A model generated the notes under the pieces. That model saw only the letters and a list, made by a program, of their open reading frames with translations, was not told the origin of the DNA and searched no databases. From positions 5,095,565-5,132,155 of the forward strand of contig NC_068988.1 in the NCBI RefSeq assembly GCF_001194135.2: 36,591 bases of DNA, written 5' to 3'. A program made the position numbers and the translations under genes. How positions within the stretch are numbered: position 1 is the first letter of the stretch; each line of letters begins with the position of its first letter. Positions 1-13,804 of the stretch are shown one piece after another. Source of the DNA: Octopus bimaculoides. Its lineage: Eukaryota.

Positions 1-21
1 ATATATATATATATATATATA
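1..21. repeat. (AT)n microsatellite
   Basis: Pure AT dinucleotide run at the window start, abutting the 3' end of the repeat at 22-251. Confidence 0.95.
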
Positions 22-251
22 AGGAGACCTCTTTCGGCCATGAATGACCATGGGATTGCACCTAGAAAGTTACCCTCCGAGGCATAAGTCCGGGCAAGGT
101 TGTTTGTGGAAGGCCAGCAGTCGCCCATGCATACCAACCTCCCTTCTCCACACCGCCAATGCTATCGAAGGGAAAAGCAAAGGGGCCGATACAGCTTGGC
201 ATCAGTGATGTCGCAACTCATTTCTACAGCTGAGTTAACGGGAGCAACGTG
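22..251 (-). mobile_element. Cephalopod SINE-like repeat, body and 3' tail, 5'-truncated
   Basis: Minus strand reads CACTTTATTTCACGTTGCTCCCGTTAACTCAGCTGTAGAAATGAGTTGCGAC...CCCATGGTCATTCATGGCCGAAAGAGGTCTCCTT then (AT)n. This matches my recollection of an abundant Octopus SINE; no tRNA head is present. Family not verified. Confidence 0.7.
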
Positions 252-1050
252 AAATAAAGTGGATTGATTGCAGACGATTGCACGCTTACACGAAACCTGA
301 GATTTCAGGGCGCTCCAGACAGAACTCTACATCAACATTTTATGTATCTATATTTATTATTGTACATTGACATTGCAAATTCAACATCACTAAGCTGTGT
401 GTATGTGTGTGTGATCTTGTACAAATTGTGACCAGCTATTTTTCATATAACATATGAAAGGTTGTATGTTTGTGTGGCAGGACAGTGTCTTTTTTTAGTT
501 ATGTTTTATTTTAATTTTTATATTTGTGTGTGTGTGTGTGTGTGTATAATGAGACACATACGAGCACGTTTAGATTATTTGAACTTTCTGAAGTATAGAA
601 CCAGAAATTTAATTCTTTCTTCGAAATAAAATGAAAATTCATTGACCAATCTACCAGCAATAATCTGTATGTATGCTGTTGTTCATATTACTAACATTGT
701 AGCGAGAAATTAAAGAATTTAAATATCGTTCGCCATGTATGAAACATTGACGGAGGAATGAGTTGTGGCCAAAATGACATCCGGAAGCGTATAACATTAA
801 ACATGACAGGACATACAACTGGTATAATTAAACCATTTAATTCAAAAATGATATCAATCTATTTCACATACATATTGAATCGGTAAAAGTGGAAGAATGC
901 AAAATTAATTTTAGTCTTTGAATTTCCTCCCCCCCCCCCCCCCCCACCTTACTGGAAGCTCGTTTTAATAGCTTTTAATACTTTCTTCTTTTAAATTCAA
1001 TTTAACGAATTGCTTTTGAAGTTCGATTACTGCGGGCAATAGTTACTCAC

Positions 1051-1120
1051 AACGGAAGTAGTGAAACAGCTGATGTGTTTTGCGGTTCCCCTCTTCATCT
1101 GGTGAACAGCTTTTGATTTC
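1051..1120 (-). CDS. Candidate 70-nt internal exon of an unidentified gene
   Basis: Minus strand: ttattattcaacaattacag|GAAATC...TTCCGTT|gtgagt, with canonical acceptor and donor. Two frames are open: EIKSCSPDEEGNRKTHQLFHYFR (phase 0 to 1) or KSKAVHQMKRGTAKHISCFTTSV (phase 2 to 0). No homolog recognised. Confidence 0.35.
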
Positions 1121-2141
1121 CTGTAATTGTTGAATAATAACGGGCTTCCAGACATCAGACATAATAAATTTGACTTTTGTTCCACCCCAACCCTTACTTA
1201 GTTTACGTCGAAAATTTAATTGTATTAAATAGAATGATATTAAGGCTTCTATTTTCTATCGAAATTAATATTGATTTCTCCAACCCCACTAAGAATATTT
1301 TTAATGCATTATCTTGCACTAATGTTTAAAAGAATCAAGACTTGTTTAACATTTTCATTTTAAATTTCGTTCAAGGATGATGGGTTGGAGATATCGAACT
1401 AAATTTAATGAGCCTAAAATGAAAATTAATTCTTTTTTAGTGAAAAATAGGAGAAAATTCGTGATCCCTGTTTTAATGAAAACTGCGTTACAACACAAAC
1501 GACTTTCAATTAATATCGACTTTATAAATTCAAAATATTCGGATAATCGATGCTTATATTCCATGTTTCTAGTTATTGTCAACAGATCGAAAATATACTC
1601 CACTCTTTTGACTCGGTTCCCAGTTTATTGTAACTATTGTTCTTTAGTTTTCTATATAAAATACTAAAAATTATTACGACATACATTAATGCCTATTTAT
1701 AACATTTTATCCCCATCTATGTATGTATACACCCATTAAATGGACAACAGTTGTACACTAAAAAATCTTCAACTCGCAATTAAGCCCAGTTATATTCATC
1801 GTAAGATTTTCTTTGTATCTTTTCTGTCACGGTTCCATTTTGGACATTACTGTCTTCCAAAATACTTTTACAGCATTCCATGATTTAGATATCTCTCCAT
1901 TATTCCCAATATTATATCTGTGCATAACTTCTCATGTTCGAAGGTAGCCATCACAAAGTTTTTTATAGTGAATTACTTAGAAATTGCATCATTCAACGCT
2001 TCTTATCTAAGAACTTTATTCCTTTTATGCAAAAAAATCGAAATCAGGAAAAATTATATGTAATATATGGTTGCATTATTTTAACGTTCCGTGTTCAAAT
2101 CCTGTCACAGTCAACTTCCTTTTCAAGACATTAGTAGAAGT

Positions 2142-2212
2142 CTGGCAGAAACCGCAACGCCCTTAGATAACTACTTTATAGTATTTAGTTACCTTCTGGT
2201 TTTAAAGTTTTA
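2142..2212 (+). mobile_element. Highly decayed SINE 5' head
   Basis: CTGGCAGAAACC...GTATTTAGTTACCTTCTGGTTTTAAAGTT loosely follows the head of the SINE copy at 24993-25158. Confidence 0.25.
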
Positions 2213-2866
2213 ATATTTAAGTCTTTTATCTCTCTCTCTCTCTGAATTAAATCATTACCAGTCAGACAATGAATCAGGCCTGTTGATTGAAATTTGAATC
2301 TATAATTTATAATGGTGTCTGTACATGGAAATAATATTATCATTTAGAATTTAAGTCTAAATTTGTTATCGTCAACAGGGTTTTGCTCACTTTTCTTCAG
2401 ATTAGTTGTCTACAATCGATATTTTTTCAACAGAGTATTACAGTGAAATTGATATCGAAGTTGACAATATTTCGATTCATAACGACACAGCAAAATTAGC
2501 TAATTCTCAAGAGTTTCAATTATTTGATGACGTCAAACCAATGTATGGATTTAATTAGTGAATCACATTCGTTAGTCACCATACACTAAGATAGCAACCA
2601 TAGTCTATTCCTTCCGATTTGGGTCAGACGAGAAATAATTTTACAAATTACTTCTCATCTGATGAGATCTTTTGTAGTGATGTGATGTTCTCATTCTTCT
2701 GTTATGGGTTGCATGGGGGCAGCTGCGGTAGGCTGGCAGTTGTCCATCGTGTCTTATTGTTCATTTGATTACAACACACCATGGGATTTAGGATTTGTTG
2801 AACATCCTAGAGCATACCAACAACGTACTACATAGAGTTCCCTGACTTATGGTCTCTTAGACGACT

Positions 2867-2890
2867 CACGCACGCACGCACGCACGCACG
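2867..2890. repeat. (CACG)n tetranucleotide microsatellite
   Basis: Six CACG units. Confidence 0.95.
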
Positions 2891-3327
2891 CGCTGACAAA
2901 AGAACGTAGAGTGTATTGCAAGAGGACTTCCGCGACTTGTACCACACGGTTACGCTTACCAGCGTTACGCTTTACATAGTAACCAAAGATTGTAATATTT
3001 ATACAGCCTTTAAAAATGGATTTGGAATATTACGACCTGAGATATTCAACAAAGAATATCCCAACACCACCGAACGAACTCTACACAAGGCTACTGCTAA
3101 AGTACATCACCGCTTTTTTCGCAGCAGCCGCTGACTGGTGGTGCTAATCCATTTCCGACAATAGAGAGCAGTCGCCATATTCCCTTCGATATCGGCTACC
3201 TCTGATGAGCGTAATTATATAATTGCGTTGTTACCTAACACTCCATTGTATTTTTGCGCGATACCAATTGGTAAGACCAGCCATGATGGTTACTTAATAC
3301 CATACAATTCGGATAATATCTACATTA

Positions 3328-3335
3328 TATGTGTG

Positions 3336-3383
<48 letters not shown>

Positions 3384-3456
3384 NNNNNNNNNNNNNNNNN
3401 NNNNNNNNNNNNNNNNNNNNNNNNNNNNNNNNNNNNNNNNNNNNNNNNNNNNNNNA

Positions 3457-3493
<37 letters not shown>

Positions 3494-3600
3494 AATATAC
3501 ATATATCAATATATACACAAATACATACACACACATATATATGTATACATATACACACACACATAATTCATGCATAGATACAAGTGTGTGTGCGCGTGCA
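3328..3600. repeat. Compound (GT)n / (AT)n / (CA) microsatellite with assembly gap 3384-3455
   Basis: Direct reading; source of five spurious ORFs in the track. Confidence 0.95.
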
Positions 3601-4240
3601 TGCAGGTGTATATACTTGAAACGCATCTACAATATATTTTCATATCAGACAATTTTTTCCGTATATTTTGGATTATCGTCTGGGATTTTTAATACCATGA
3701 TTCTTCCATTACCCATGAAATCAACAGGCATATCTAATATTTCAGAATTTTCTAATATTCTTCATTCGTAAGACCACACCCGCTCTGCTTTTTTTTGTTT
3801 TCTTTTAGTTTTGTTTTTTTTTACTCGCTCACGCGTCTACATGATATATTGTTTGTATGGTACTCCTTCTCCAATATATTAAATATTTACTTCGCATCTT
3901 CGCCTTATATACTGATATTTGAAACATAACCTTCAGCATTTAACGTAATGTCACTCGAGCATAAACAATGGCAACTAAGGAATGGAAAATGAGTCTAATG
4001 AATTACAAAGAATAGTCGATTAGAAAGCTTTTGCCATCTATTGAAACAGCGAAAAATTTTGCATCCATTTTTGAAAGCAGTAATAGAAATATCACACACA
4101 AACACACATTCACGAACACATGTAAGCACATGAACATGTATGTATATAGATATATAAACGTATATATAAGCATATATATACACACACATATAAACATGCA
4201 TATACAGACATCAGCACACACGTAGGTATATAACTTATCT

Positions 4241-4352
4241 TTTGTTTCAATCATTAAACTGCGGTCATACGGGGACGCCGTGTTGAAGGGTCTTAGTCTC
4301 GAAGAAGGTACCCCAGCATGGCCACAGTCTAATGATCGAAACAAATAAAAGA
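4241..4352. mobile_element. Divergent inverted pair of SINE-type 3' tail fragments (hairpin)
   Basis: 4241-4274 and the reverse complement of 4311-4345 are identical at 29 of 35 aligned columns. The CCAGCATGGCCACAGTCTAATGATCGAAACAAATAAAAGA arm resembles a common Octopus SINE tail as I recall it. Confidence 0.7.
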
Positions 4353-6833
4353 CAGATACACATACACACTATATATAGATACATAGATATATTCACACAT
4401 ACGCGCTATATATATATTTATACACACATGCGTACACACACATACACACAATATATACATATAATGTAAACATAAAGAGAGAAGGGGAGGAAGGGGTTCA
4501 TAAGAGTGATGACTGAAAGCTTTCAGCGGTGATATTTTGCGCGTTGATGAGTCAGATTCAGTTCAGAAGTAGTCACTATTTTTTTAATTATTCGAGGTAC
4601 TGAGAACGTTTCTTTGTATAATGTCAGACGTTGAATCAAGTATTTTATATGCATGTATTCCTCGTCCTGTCTGTCGACACCGCGCGTGGCAGTGGTAATT
4701 GTTTACAATTGGTTCAAACAACTAAGAGCTAATATTATTCACGAAGAGTGAAAGTAATTTCATTCAATTTCTATAATTTATGTAGATATATCAGGAACCA
4801 CGGTGTCGGGGTTGTCCATGCTTTATTGTAAAACATTTCAAAATAATGTGTATTTATTGTGGGGGAAAAAGAAGCGAAGAAAATATATCTAGTTACAAAA
4901 TGATAGGTAATATATATGAACTAGAAGATAATGATTACATTGGAAACGTCTTATTATTTGGAAAATTGAACTTGACTCTAATCGTCTGTGAACGGATGAT
5001 AGTACAAGTGGTGGTGGATAGTAAAAATGGTGATGTTCAAGTAAAATAGCGGATGGAGAAACACTGAACTGTAGGGAAAGAAATCTCTCTCTCTCTCTCT
5101 CTCTCACTTCTGTTCCCGCCTCCCTCCTTTCTATCTTCCACATTTATATGCCGACCACTCAACATTGAAGCCGAAACTATCCAGAATCAACTGAACACTT
5201 CTTTTCTTTCCAATTCTGAGCAGACGACAGTTTTAATGGGAAAATCTTTTGTAATTATAAATACACTTGTTTAATTTCATCTTTAATTAGTACAGAAATT
5301 TCTGCTTCTTATGGAGAAAAGTACAAGAGTATTTCAAAAGCTTCAATCGTGTGTTTACATGAAAAGGCAATAATATCAACAACACCACAAAGAACAAGTT
5401 TCGGGACTAAATTTCAGGAGACTGCAAACATATAAATTTCGTAGAGACAGTCAGGTCAGCTGTTGAATTCTTAAATGCTCTGGAACTTGGGCCTTCTGTC
5501 CAAAATAAGAGCCATCATTCAATAATGCAATACGGAAGCCGTAACAGCTATGACAATACAATGCCACTGAACTGTAGCCTTAAATAGCTGGTATTATTAC
5601 CTAACGGTACAAAACTTGCAATGTTTAGAACCGTTATATAACAGTACTAGATATTACAAGTTTAATATTATGTAATAATACTAGAACATGTAATGATGTT
5701 GGCAAAATGAATGCATTAGGTTACTATTTTGACTGGTCGATTCATGAGAAAAGAGGCTTTTATACAAAATGTAGCTTTCATACCTGCTAACTGAGAAATA
5801 CATTTCAAAATAGGAGACCAAAGTTTACAGGTTCCAGAAATACTCAGCCTTGCTATATCCACAACTAAATCCACAGACGCAACAAACTTTATTTTATTTC
5901 AGATTGATAGCTTCTTTTCTTGCGTTCGCACCATTTATATATATATATCTAAGAGATTAGAGAGATGATGTATTAAATCTGTGTGTGTGTGTGTTTGTGT
6001 GATACAGGATGTGTACAATTCGATAATATGATAAAAGTAGGTTACTTTAAAACAAATAGGGTAATCCTAATGAAAGACGTAATTAATGATGAGATTAATT
6101 TTCATTTTGAAACTAATTATCAGCATTTATTTAATAAAAGAAGATTGCAGTCAGTATTTTAGAATGTTCTGTTACTGTGATTCATAATTTGACTGGGACT
6201 TAGCAGCTAGAGAAATATGATTATTATTTAGTCCTTGACTCATGTCGACCGTTGAAGAAGAAACCTAGTATTAAATGCATTGAAGCCGTCACTACTCCGT
6301 TTTTATTTTCATAAGGAATAGTGTATTTCGGACTACATTATTGAATATGTTCCTTTCTGAAAACTTCCTTTAAATCGGAGTGATATTTAGCTGAAATTGA
6401 GACAATTGAATTGTTTTACATTTCTAATTTAGCGATTCTTAAATCAAACACACGCCTATTAGTGTGTGTGTGTATACATAAAGATACAAACATACAGACA
6501 TATATTATCTGTAAGCATATACCTGAACCTCTTGCACGATTAAGCCCAGAAGTATTATAAGCCACAACAAAATCACGAAAGACAAATCCAAAAGCGAAAT
6601 GAACGTAGTCAAATCGTAGAATTTTTTTGCTAACGGAAAGTTGTGCTATATTTTAGATAGATTATAAAAAGGCATCAACCATTCCACTTCTATTTACTTT
6701 TGTTCAAGACACTCCCATTCAAATTCTACAGCACAGTCCTTTCATTATTCAAACACTTTAAACCTCACTGAAATTTTATTTTGATTTTCAGTCAACTGCC
6801 TTATAAAGGTGCATATTTCAATAATGTTATTTG

Positions 6834-6871
<38 letters not shown>

Positions 6872-6907
6872 ATATATGTCATAATTGTTTCGTCGACACA
6901 ATTCTCC

Positions 6908-6946
6908 ATAGATGTTACGTACTTAAATTTTTCAAAGGCGGCAGAC
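6908..6946 (+). mobile_element. Possible tiny CR1/L2-type RT relic
   Basis: Translates to IDVTYLNFSKAAD, similar to the VDxIYLDFSKAFD motif of CR1/L2/Jockey reverse transcriptases; no flanking RT motifs found. Confidence 0.25.
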
Positions 6947-9900
6947 TTCAGCTTCGCAGCAACAGATAATTCAATGAATAAATTTAGTAAAAATATAAAT
7001 TGTAAGTTAAAACGTCATTGGAGAAATGATTTGGCAATTGTGTATTAATTAGAAGCAATTTGTAATTCTAGTGATTTCATTTTCTTTGCATGAAAGTGAG
7101 GAATTGGTTTTCCATTTTAAAATTTGACTGAATAAGGTTGAGTTACCATTTTAATTTTTTAATCAACTGATCTTTTCTTTACATCTATCACAGTCAACTT
7201 TTGTCTCGTCCCAAATACTTAGTGCAGAAGAATATAAAGCTGTTCAAACTTTACTAATGCACCAAATTTCTTGAATCTATTTATGACGAATTTGGTCAAA
7301 AAATTATTGGTAGAATTATCTCGGGGATTCTGAGTAATTTTTCCTGTGCATCATTCACAGGAGGGAGCGAGAGAATTCTATATCCTTATTGATTTATTTA
7401 ATAACGACCACTTGTGGTGAATAGGGAGCCTAAAATATCACCGATGTTTCATGTTGCTTGCCGTGCAGCATTAGTAATTTGAGTGGGAAATCACTGTAGG
7501 ATATGAAAAAGGAATTTCAAACTCGAATAACAACTTGGTGACTAAACACCTTCAAGTGAGACAAACAAAATGAAATTTTAACCGCAGTTAGAACTGAACT
7601 GTTACCCTGCATTCCGTTATACATAAATTGACACCAGTTGAAATAAATTACCAACCAGTTTTTTTTAATGTTTATTATGAATCTGGAATAACTTTATAGA
7701 TTAAATGACGATTCTTTCAGTGAAGTATGTCTTTGCGACTTGTCACTAGTGTTGTGTTGATTCCTGTATAAAACATCTTGATTTTATCGTCTCGAAATAA
7801 ATATTTTAAGATTAGTTTTGTTCTAGAATATACAGGTAATTATGATGTCCTGAATGAGGTAGCCATTGCATTCTTAATGGACTGTATTTGCCTCTTACCT
7901 GAAGGAGAAGAAAGGGCTTTGTACTCTTCCTTCGTTAGCGACAATTGTGAACGGTAAAAGAGGGAGATAATTATCAGTAGAACTTAATTTCAATGAAAAT
8001 TCAATTTTTGCATTGAAAGGAAAATTAATCATAAAACAGTTTAATGTGTTGGCGCCTCCGTTTCTAGAAACTCCTCACGAGTTATAGAGTTGTGATTCAC
8101 AGTGCTAATAGTGAACAAGTCTGAGTAGAAAACAATTCGATGGAATTCATAAATTAAGAGTAAGTGGTAACCAAGTCTGATAATTGTCATGGTTTCAAGT
8201 AAAACCCAAAAATATTTTGACAGATATTTTCAATTCCGAATTACCAAGGTCCATGGAAATGACTCTTGTTAAAATCAAACTTTCACTTAAGACTGGAAAT
8301 ATTGGGGTTAGGTGGGGGAAGACATTTCAATTCAGTTGTTTCAAAAGAAATTTCTAAAATTTAATGAATTGAATATCCGGTAGGTTCTTAGGTATTTATT
8401 TTTTGTTCGTACTAGAGAGATAAATAATGAGTTTATAGAGAGGGGAAGAAAGAATGAACAAAGAGAATGAGAAAGTGTGCGTGCGTTCACGTGTGTTTAT
8501 ACACACACACACACACACACTCCACACACACACACAAACTTACAATATATGCGTGTGCATCCTCATTTGTTAAAGAACTTACCCTGTTGAGATTACTTTT
8601 TGCCACAGTTGATGATCTGCAGTCTTTACTACAACTATCATAAGTGTCTCCTCACAGATAAATGCAAAACAGAATCATTGATCTCTTCAAACCACCAATA
8701 GAGTGACAAAGCCTGACTAGCAAACAGATGGTTTAGGCGGTGATGATTGCTTATTGATGGTTCCGGTTCGAATAACTGAGTGTCTAACAACACCAACTTC
8801 AAAATAAACAAACTCGACCCTACTCTGAGGTATCTTCAGCTAAGTCATTTTCTATATCCTTTGAGTGCCGAATGGTTTCACCTAATATCTGATGAACAAC
8901 GGCAAGTGCTCAAAAACGAAGGGAAGAACCTACGAGCCGGGGAACTCTTCAAAAAGTATTCTCCTTGCAATGACTTCTTATGCTCAAAAAAGTCTTGAAG
9001 AGAAATACTCTGCATACCCCGAAGGGTTATGCATGGGTGCTTCCTGTAAACTTGAGAATTACGATAGTATTAACGCGAAAAGTAGCTTTTCCTACATATG
9101 AGGTCATTGCATCACATATCCAAGTGCAACTCAAGAATCAGAAAGGGAGCTATGAAATACCTAGGGATAAAAGAGAATGAAACTTTTTGCTCTCCAACAT
9201 GTTACCAAATATGTTACTTCTATAGAAAACATTCCACGTGACATAATTAGCTGCCAAAAAATGTCAAGCTATTCTCTTCTATTGCGACACGATTTTGCTG
9301 TTAAAACAAGATGTAATACCAATCATTGGAAACATTGCCCTGTGATACATATAATGTCGCTGTTGTTAAATACAGGTTAGCAGCGAAACATTCTCCTCAA
9401 AGCTTCTTCCAAATTCAAACAAACTATATTTGGGACAAAAAAAGACAAATCACGAAATGTGAACATCTCGTCCGAAACCAGTAAGAGTATATCTAAGGAC
9501 AACTGTTTCAAAACCTACAACTTCTCTCTTCTGATTAGAAATTATGTTTTTATTTGGTACGCTCTATTATGTTTGTAAAACCTTTTAAGTAGCAATCTGG
9601 AAAAGCCATGGTTTTCAAAGAGAACGCACTTTATGAAAACAATCTGAAAGCAGAACAGGAAAAATATGCAAGAGTTTACTAAAGTTCAGTTTTTAAAATT
9701 AATCTCCATTGTTTCCTTTTTAAAAACAACTCCCCCTAAGTAAGAACTCAATTAAGAAAAGACCACATACGTATTGCATACATATATTTACTTACATGTA
9801 AGTATGTATGCATTCATAAGTATGAGTGTGTATGCGTGCGTGTGGGTATATTAGAAAGCCAGAGTGTAAGTTTAAAAATGTGTTTACATTCTTATTTAAC

Positions 9901-10060
9901 CAAGATGGAAGCTTCTTAATCTTTAAATTTGTTTTAGTTCTCATTTACATATATATATATTATTTATGAAAAAAATGAAAAAAATGATGACATTTTTTCA
10001 TTATGATGTCTTTTTCACGCTGACTACTTGATAAATTCTTATAAAGATTTTATCCTATAT

Positions 10061-10065
<5 letters not shown>

Positions 10066-10098
<33 letters not shown>

Positions 10099-10265
10099 NN
10101 NNNNNNNNNNNNNNNNNNNNNNNNNNNNNNNNNNNNNNNNNNNNNNNNNNNNNNNNNNNNNNNNNNNNNNNNNNNNNNNNNNNNNNNNNNNNNNNNNNNN
10201 NNNNNNNNNNNNNNNNNNNNNNNNNNNNNNNNNNNNNNNNNNNNNNNNNNNNNNNNNNNNNNNNN
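10066..10265. repeat. (AT)n running into assembly gap 10099-10265
   Basis: Direct reading. Confidence 0.95.
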
Positions 10266-10493
10266 ATCTTAAACGTTAAATAACTCAGTTTATTTACATC
10301 ACTCAGTATTCAAACAGATCTGAAAATGTTTCCTGAGCTACTTGAAGTCAATATTGTCAGAGTTAGTCGAGCTTATTCCAACAAAATGTTTCCGATCGCT
10401 TTTATTAGGTTTCCGTTATCCTAACATGGCTTCTCATGTTTAACAGTTATCTCTTTCCAAAGATCATTTTTACGCAATTTTCCGTTTCTCGTT

Positions 10494-10532
<39 letters not shown>

Positions 10533-11852
10533 TCCCTCTCCCTCTCCCTCTCTCTTCTAAAATTTGACACATTGGAATCAATTTCCTCATATCTGAAACG
10601 TTTTTGATATTCGTATAGTCAGAGCTATTCATCATATCCTGAAGTATGGATAGAAATGGAACTGCTAAGTAAGGATTAACTGACTAACAAAATACACACA
10701 CACACATAGAAAGCGCCTTTGAAGTTGAGTAGCAGTTAAACTAGTAAAAAATGCTAACACACTGCAAAAATATAATTTGGTTAAAGCAAAATTGTTATGG
10801 TGACTAAATGTATGTAGTTGAAATAGTTGTGGCACCGTTTAATTTCTTCCTCATCTTACATTGTATTCAACAATCACACACTGTTAAATCTGTATATATT
10901 ACATTGCCAAATGTTGATGCCTTACTCTACACCACTTTTATCATTACTAAATAAAATAACTTGAAGGATAATGGTGGGGTGTTGTTCTCGGCGGATGCGT
11001 TTCAATTATAAAATAATATTTGTTTATGTTTAAAATCAGCTGACTTGCGGAAATGTCATATCTATTTTTATGTATACTGAGCAAGCGGAATAAAGTGCTC
11101 TGCTAGCGACTCGAAAATAAGGTATGAAAATTTAATATTTCGGTCTGTACGTCAACACAGTCTCTATTCACACGGCGATGATTCATGACTTTTTAATCAG
11201 ACTGCAGTTGCAACTCTTAGTAATTTGTTACCCACGAGAAATACATTTTATGAAGTCGAAAACCTCACCTATTTTAGTCAAAAGCCTTGGTATCGATCAT
11301 GCCCTTCCTAGCCGCACTAATCAATAACCATCTAATACATGCCAATAAGAATGACTGCAAAGAAACAATAATCGAAGTTTACATTTCCTTAACAGCTATT
11401 GTTTATATATTAGATGACGCCATGAAATTTCTTAAGTGCTTACAATCAAAGCCAAAGAAAACTAACGCTAATTGCAGGCGATGTTATGTGGTTATCGTTG
11501 GCTGAATAGAAATCTATGTTAGCTGAATAGAAATTTACTTTTATTGCTGTTTACAGGTAATGACAAATCCCGTTAAAATTATTCACTGCTCTTTTATATT
11601 TTATATTCTAAAACACTACAAACTTTATCTTTCATTTCTTAAACTAACATCGTATCTAGTGTTCTTTTAATACAGATGATTGATATCACTTCTAAAACGC
11701 ATTCGTAAAAAGTTGATCAAATAGAAATATCCTCCTCGTCTTTATACTGTATACAACTTTATCATCATCATCATCATCATCGACGTAATATGGTAACGTT
11801 TTTCAAGAGAAACGTTAGAAGGTCGAGTAAAAGGTTTTCACTAATCTTCCCT

Positions 11853-12014
11853 TCAGAGGTGCAGAATGGGTTGACAGTGCCCCGGGGGGGGGGGGTCAAA
11901 TATTTCGGCGAGGGTGAAATACATGTTTTTATAATTATTATTACTACTGTATTTTTTTCTTATTATTTTTAAATTTTGTACCCAGTGCCAACTGCCTCTG
12001 TGACTCCGCCCATG
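11853..12014. mobile_element. Possible decayed MITE with GC-rich ends
   Basis: Ends CAGAGGTGCAG...CAGTGCCCCGGGG and CAGTGCCAACTGCCTCTGTGACTCCGCCCATG around an AT-rich core. The right end resembles hAT-type MITE termini; the left end matches poorly. Confidence 0.25.
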
Positions 12015-12547
12015 CTACACCTTTCCTTTTGTGTTTTATGTTCAAAAGTTAAGACTTATGTGGTCTCTCAGTCTTTATGACTGATAATTAAGCGCTAAGT
12101 ATGTACTACAGTTGATGCGATCTAATCCAGTCTCTTACAAATGTATGAGTTTCTGCTTATAAAAGGAAGAATGGCGACGGAGCTGAATGCTGGTAAAAGT
12201 AGGTCGGTGGATTAGGTGTATAGTATTTCGTTTCAACTTCTTTAGTTTTCTCTCCTGATTACAAATGGTATCAATAATACATTGTGTTCGATACAATTAA
12301 CTTTCTGCCAATCCAAAATAAACTATGACATCTACACAATTGTAGAAAGATATCTGAGAAACTGAAAAGAGCATTTTCGAGTTCAAACCTAACTCGTGTT
12401 AATTTCCGTTAAAATAATTTCACTTAATTAACAAAGACAGGTTTAATTATTGATATACGCCTAACTTCTGCTACAACAATTAAAGGAAAACGATTATTCA
12501 AATGATGAGAAAATCGTGCAGACATTGATGCGCGCTTCATGTACTAT

Positions 12548-12609
12548 AATCAGTGGATGGTTTTAGGATGGGCAGAGAAATCAGTGGATGGATTTGGGAA
12601 GGGCAGGGA
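12548..12609. repeat. Two-copy 31-bp tandem duplication
   Basis: AATCAGTGGATGGTTTTAGGATGGGCAGAGA followed by AATCAGTGGATGGATTTGGGAAGGGCAGGGA. Confidence 0.85.
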
Positions 12610-12952
12610 AAGGTTTGGAGGGGTTTTTTTCTTTTCTTTTTCTGTGAGGGAAATTAGTTTTCAGTGAAGACCAACTTAAACTGGGAAAGTTGTGTATTAT
12701 ATTTAGTTTATGTGAAGAGATTTGATGAAATTAGTTTGTGCAGACGTATGTCTCTTTTCAAACGAAACGTTGAAGAGAAAGAAAGACAGCATGAACAGCA
12801 GTCTGTTTGTTCGGTTTGTTAGAACAAGACAGGACACGTAGGACAGTGAACAAAGAAACAGAACAATCGGTATGGACGTGCGGATGTGTGAGTAATTCTC
12901 TTTCCGCATCACTCACGTGCACATGCAGGACAACACGCACACGCACTAGCAT

Positions 12953-12990
<38 letters not shown>

Positions 12991-13199
12991 CATATGTATA
13001 TATATATATTTACATAATGTGCTTGTGTATGTGCTAATAGTGACTATTAGTGATTTTAGTGAAGAAATAAGAGCGTGACAAGAGAATGGAAAGAAAGCCA
13101 GTGAATGAAGTAGAGAATGAAGATAATTAAAATATCATGTTATCAATACGCATTTTATAGTTTGAGTAAATATTTATTCATATCAAATTAACGCTACAT

Positions 13200-13725
13200 A
13201 AATACTGATGCAAGCGAGCGTGAAGAACAGATTTTCTTCATCAGAAGAACGACTATTTTTTTTGTCTGAATGGAAAGATGTGATGATTAAAACACTGGCG
13301 GGAGAAACTCTTAGAAACTGCACAACAAAAAACAAATCATAATGATTGGCGGTTGGGGGTTATGAACTGAAAACTGATGTGTTGCAGTAAATATTATAAA
13401 GATTGAAGTTCAGTTATTTGAGGGTTTTCATAATAATAAAACTTCGCTAAAGTTGTATGTAGATGTTGAAAATGTTCAATCCGTTATAATGGACGGTTCT
13501 GCATTCATGTGGTGTATAAATTCGAAGGAATTACAGAAACGACAAGACATCGAACGACACCTTTCAAATTCAGCCTTATTCACCAAAGTCACTTGTGGAT
13601 ATGACAGATGAGAACATTTGGTGCTCAACATGTAATGGCATTGACTCTGTCACACCAACAGGAGTTGAGAAGTCAATAAAGGACTTACGCAATCTTATGC
13701 CGCCAGGACCACATCAAAATGTAAG
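13200..13725 (+). mobile_element. Decayed non-LTR retrotransposon fragment (pre-RT region, possibly R4/Dong-like)
   Basis: 13643-13720 translates DSVTPTGVEKSIKDLRNLMPPGPH, resembling the ITxxxVxxxIxxLxNxKAPGPD motif. Upstream NRFSSSEERLF..LNGK is weakly compatible with the R4/Dong region before the RT. Many stops and frameshifts. Confidence 0.4.
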
Positions 13726-13804
13726 CTAAAAGTAATAAAACTTTACACGTATATATCCACACACACTTATACACACACACATACACATACATATATATAT
13801 ATAT

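Noticed and set aside
3202-3232. CTGATGA followed by a 10-bp hairpin
   Set aside because: No GAAA after the stem, so no hammerhead core; CTGATGA at about 2659 and 8888 fail the same test.
11501-11534. 13-bp direct repeat with a 21-bp period (also a 20-bp repeat at 34031-34077)
   Set aside because: Two-copy local slippage duplications with no sign of an array or function.
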